Positions 36,628-37,617 of a stretch of 37,617 nt of DNA are shown here, piece by piece (position 1 is the stretch's first letter; every line of letters begins with the position of its first letter). The translations under genes were made by a program, and so were the position numbers. The notes below the pieces were generated by a model that ran no database searches, was not told the origin of the DNA, and worked only from the letters and a program-made list of their open reading frames with translations. Source of the stretch: Octopus bimaculoides (taxonomy: Eukaryota); assembly GCF_001194135.2 (NCBI RefSeq), contig NC_068989.1, positions 59,082,349 to 59,119,965 on the forward strand, read 5' to 3'.

Positions 36628-36810
36628 AAATGTTTTGCAACATTTTCTCCGGCTCTTTACGTTTTGAGTTTATATCCTGCCGAGGTCAGCTTTGATTTTC
36701 ATAACTTTCTGGGTTGATAAAGTAAAGTACCTCCCCTGTATTGCGGGCGATAGTTTTGAGCAAACTCATTCCCTCGAAACTCCTGGCTCTGTGCCTCAAT
36801 CAGAAACAAT
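36628..36810 (+). mobile_element. Diverged SINE B
   Basis: CTTTACGTTTTGAGTT..GCCGAGGTCAGCTTTGATTTTCAT..GGGTTGATAAAGTAAAGTACC..CTGTGCC. Confidence 0.55.
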
Positions 36811-36897
36811 TGGTATATTATCGCACACCGAAACTCGCAAGTACATATGCACCTATAAATTACATTCATACATACACTCACACAAACAGGTGTGTAT

Positions 36898-36899
36898 AT

Positions 36900-36966
<67 letters not shown>
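36898..36966. repeat. (GATA)n microsatellite
   Basis: Direct reading; other GATA/TATC arrays at 13793-13860 and 28733-28764. Confidence 0.9.
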
Positions 36967-37249
36967 TATGCATGTGTGTATCTGTGTGCACGCCTGTGTG
37001 TGAATGTATGTATATGTATGCGTGTCAAGTGACACGACGAAATATTATTGCAATAAGTCCCATTTTATTATACATTCAGAATTATCAAGAACTTTGTTGT
37101 AAGACGTTCAAATATAGAAACACGGTTTTATGAATTAAGACCATTTTGACTCAACAACTATTGGGTTCTGGAATTTTTCAGACATTTTACGTTAGATCCT
37201 GTGATAAACACTATATATGTGTGTATATATATTTCTTATAGACATATAG

Positions 37250-37337
37250 GCGCAGGTGTGGCTGTGTGATAAGAAGCAAGCTTCTCAACCACATTGTTCC
37301 GGATTCAGTCCCTCGGTGTGTCATCTTGGGCAAGTGT
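37250..37337 (+). mobile_element. SINE A head fragment
   Basis: GCGCAGGTGTGGCTGTGTGATAAGAAG..CCGGATTCAGTCCC..CTTGGGCAAGTGT. Confidence 0.75.
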
Positions 37338-37578
37338 ACCAAAATACCAGCTTGCTCGAAATAGGAGTCAAGACTCCAAACCCACAAATTTCTCACTATT
37401 AAGAAGCACGCATAGTGAATGCAACGAATATAATAAAGATAGGCCTTACTTTTGCATAAACCACGAAGCAAGAACACATATCTTGGTATTTCGGTACCAT
37501 AATTTATTTGTATATTTGACAATTTAGGTTACGCTTGATGACCACTTTATTATTATTGCTATTTTTAATAATGGTAAT

Positions 37579-37617
<39 letters not shown>

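Overview
AT-rich animal genomic DNA, dense in microsatellites and repeats, with 11 N-gaps. The repeat families recall octopus (coleoid cephalopod) DNA; this is an inference, not a database result. The only host gene I can support is a long first coding exon (19056-21045, +) of a Fer2/PTFb-type bHLH transcription factor. It has about 578 aa of Q/H/S-rich sequence before the bHLH and ends at a phase-1 GT donor; I could not find the expected exon 2 (DLTARLSW-like). Upstream lie three clustered CACGTG E-boxes, a (GAA)24 tract and a TATA-like box. Most of the rest is microsatellite, gap or decayed mobile DNA: three tRNA-like SINE families, a maT(DD37D)-like and a mariner remnant, a pogo/Tigger-like MITE, and R4/Dong-, CR1- and RTE-like LINE fragments. 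The most striking unannotated signal is three unrelated minimal type-I hammerhead-ribozyme-like motifs (15862-15897 +, 28512-28557 -, 36156-36258 +), each with a self-complementary helix III as in Penelope-like elements. A LINE and SINE family A also share a 3' tail. All calls come from reading by eye; no searches or folding were run.
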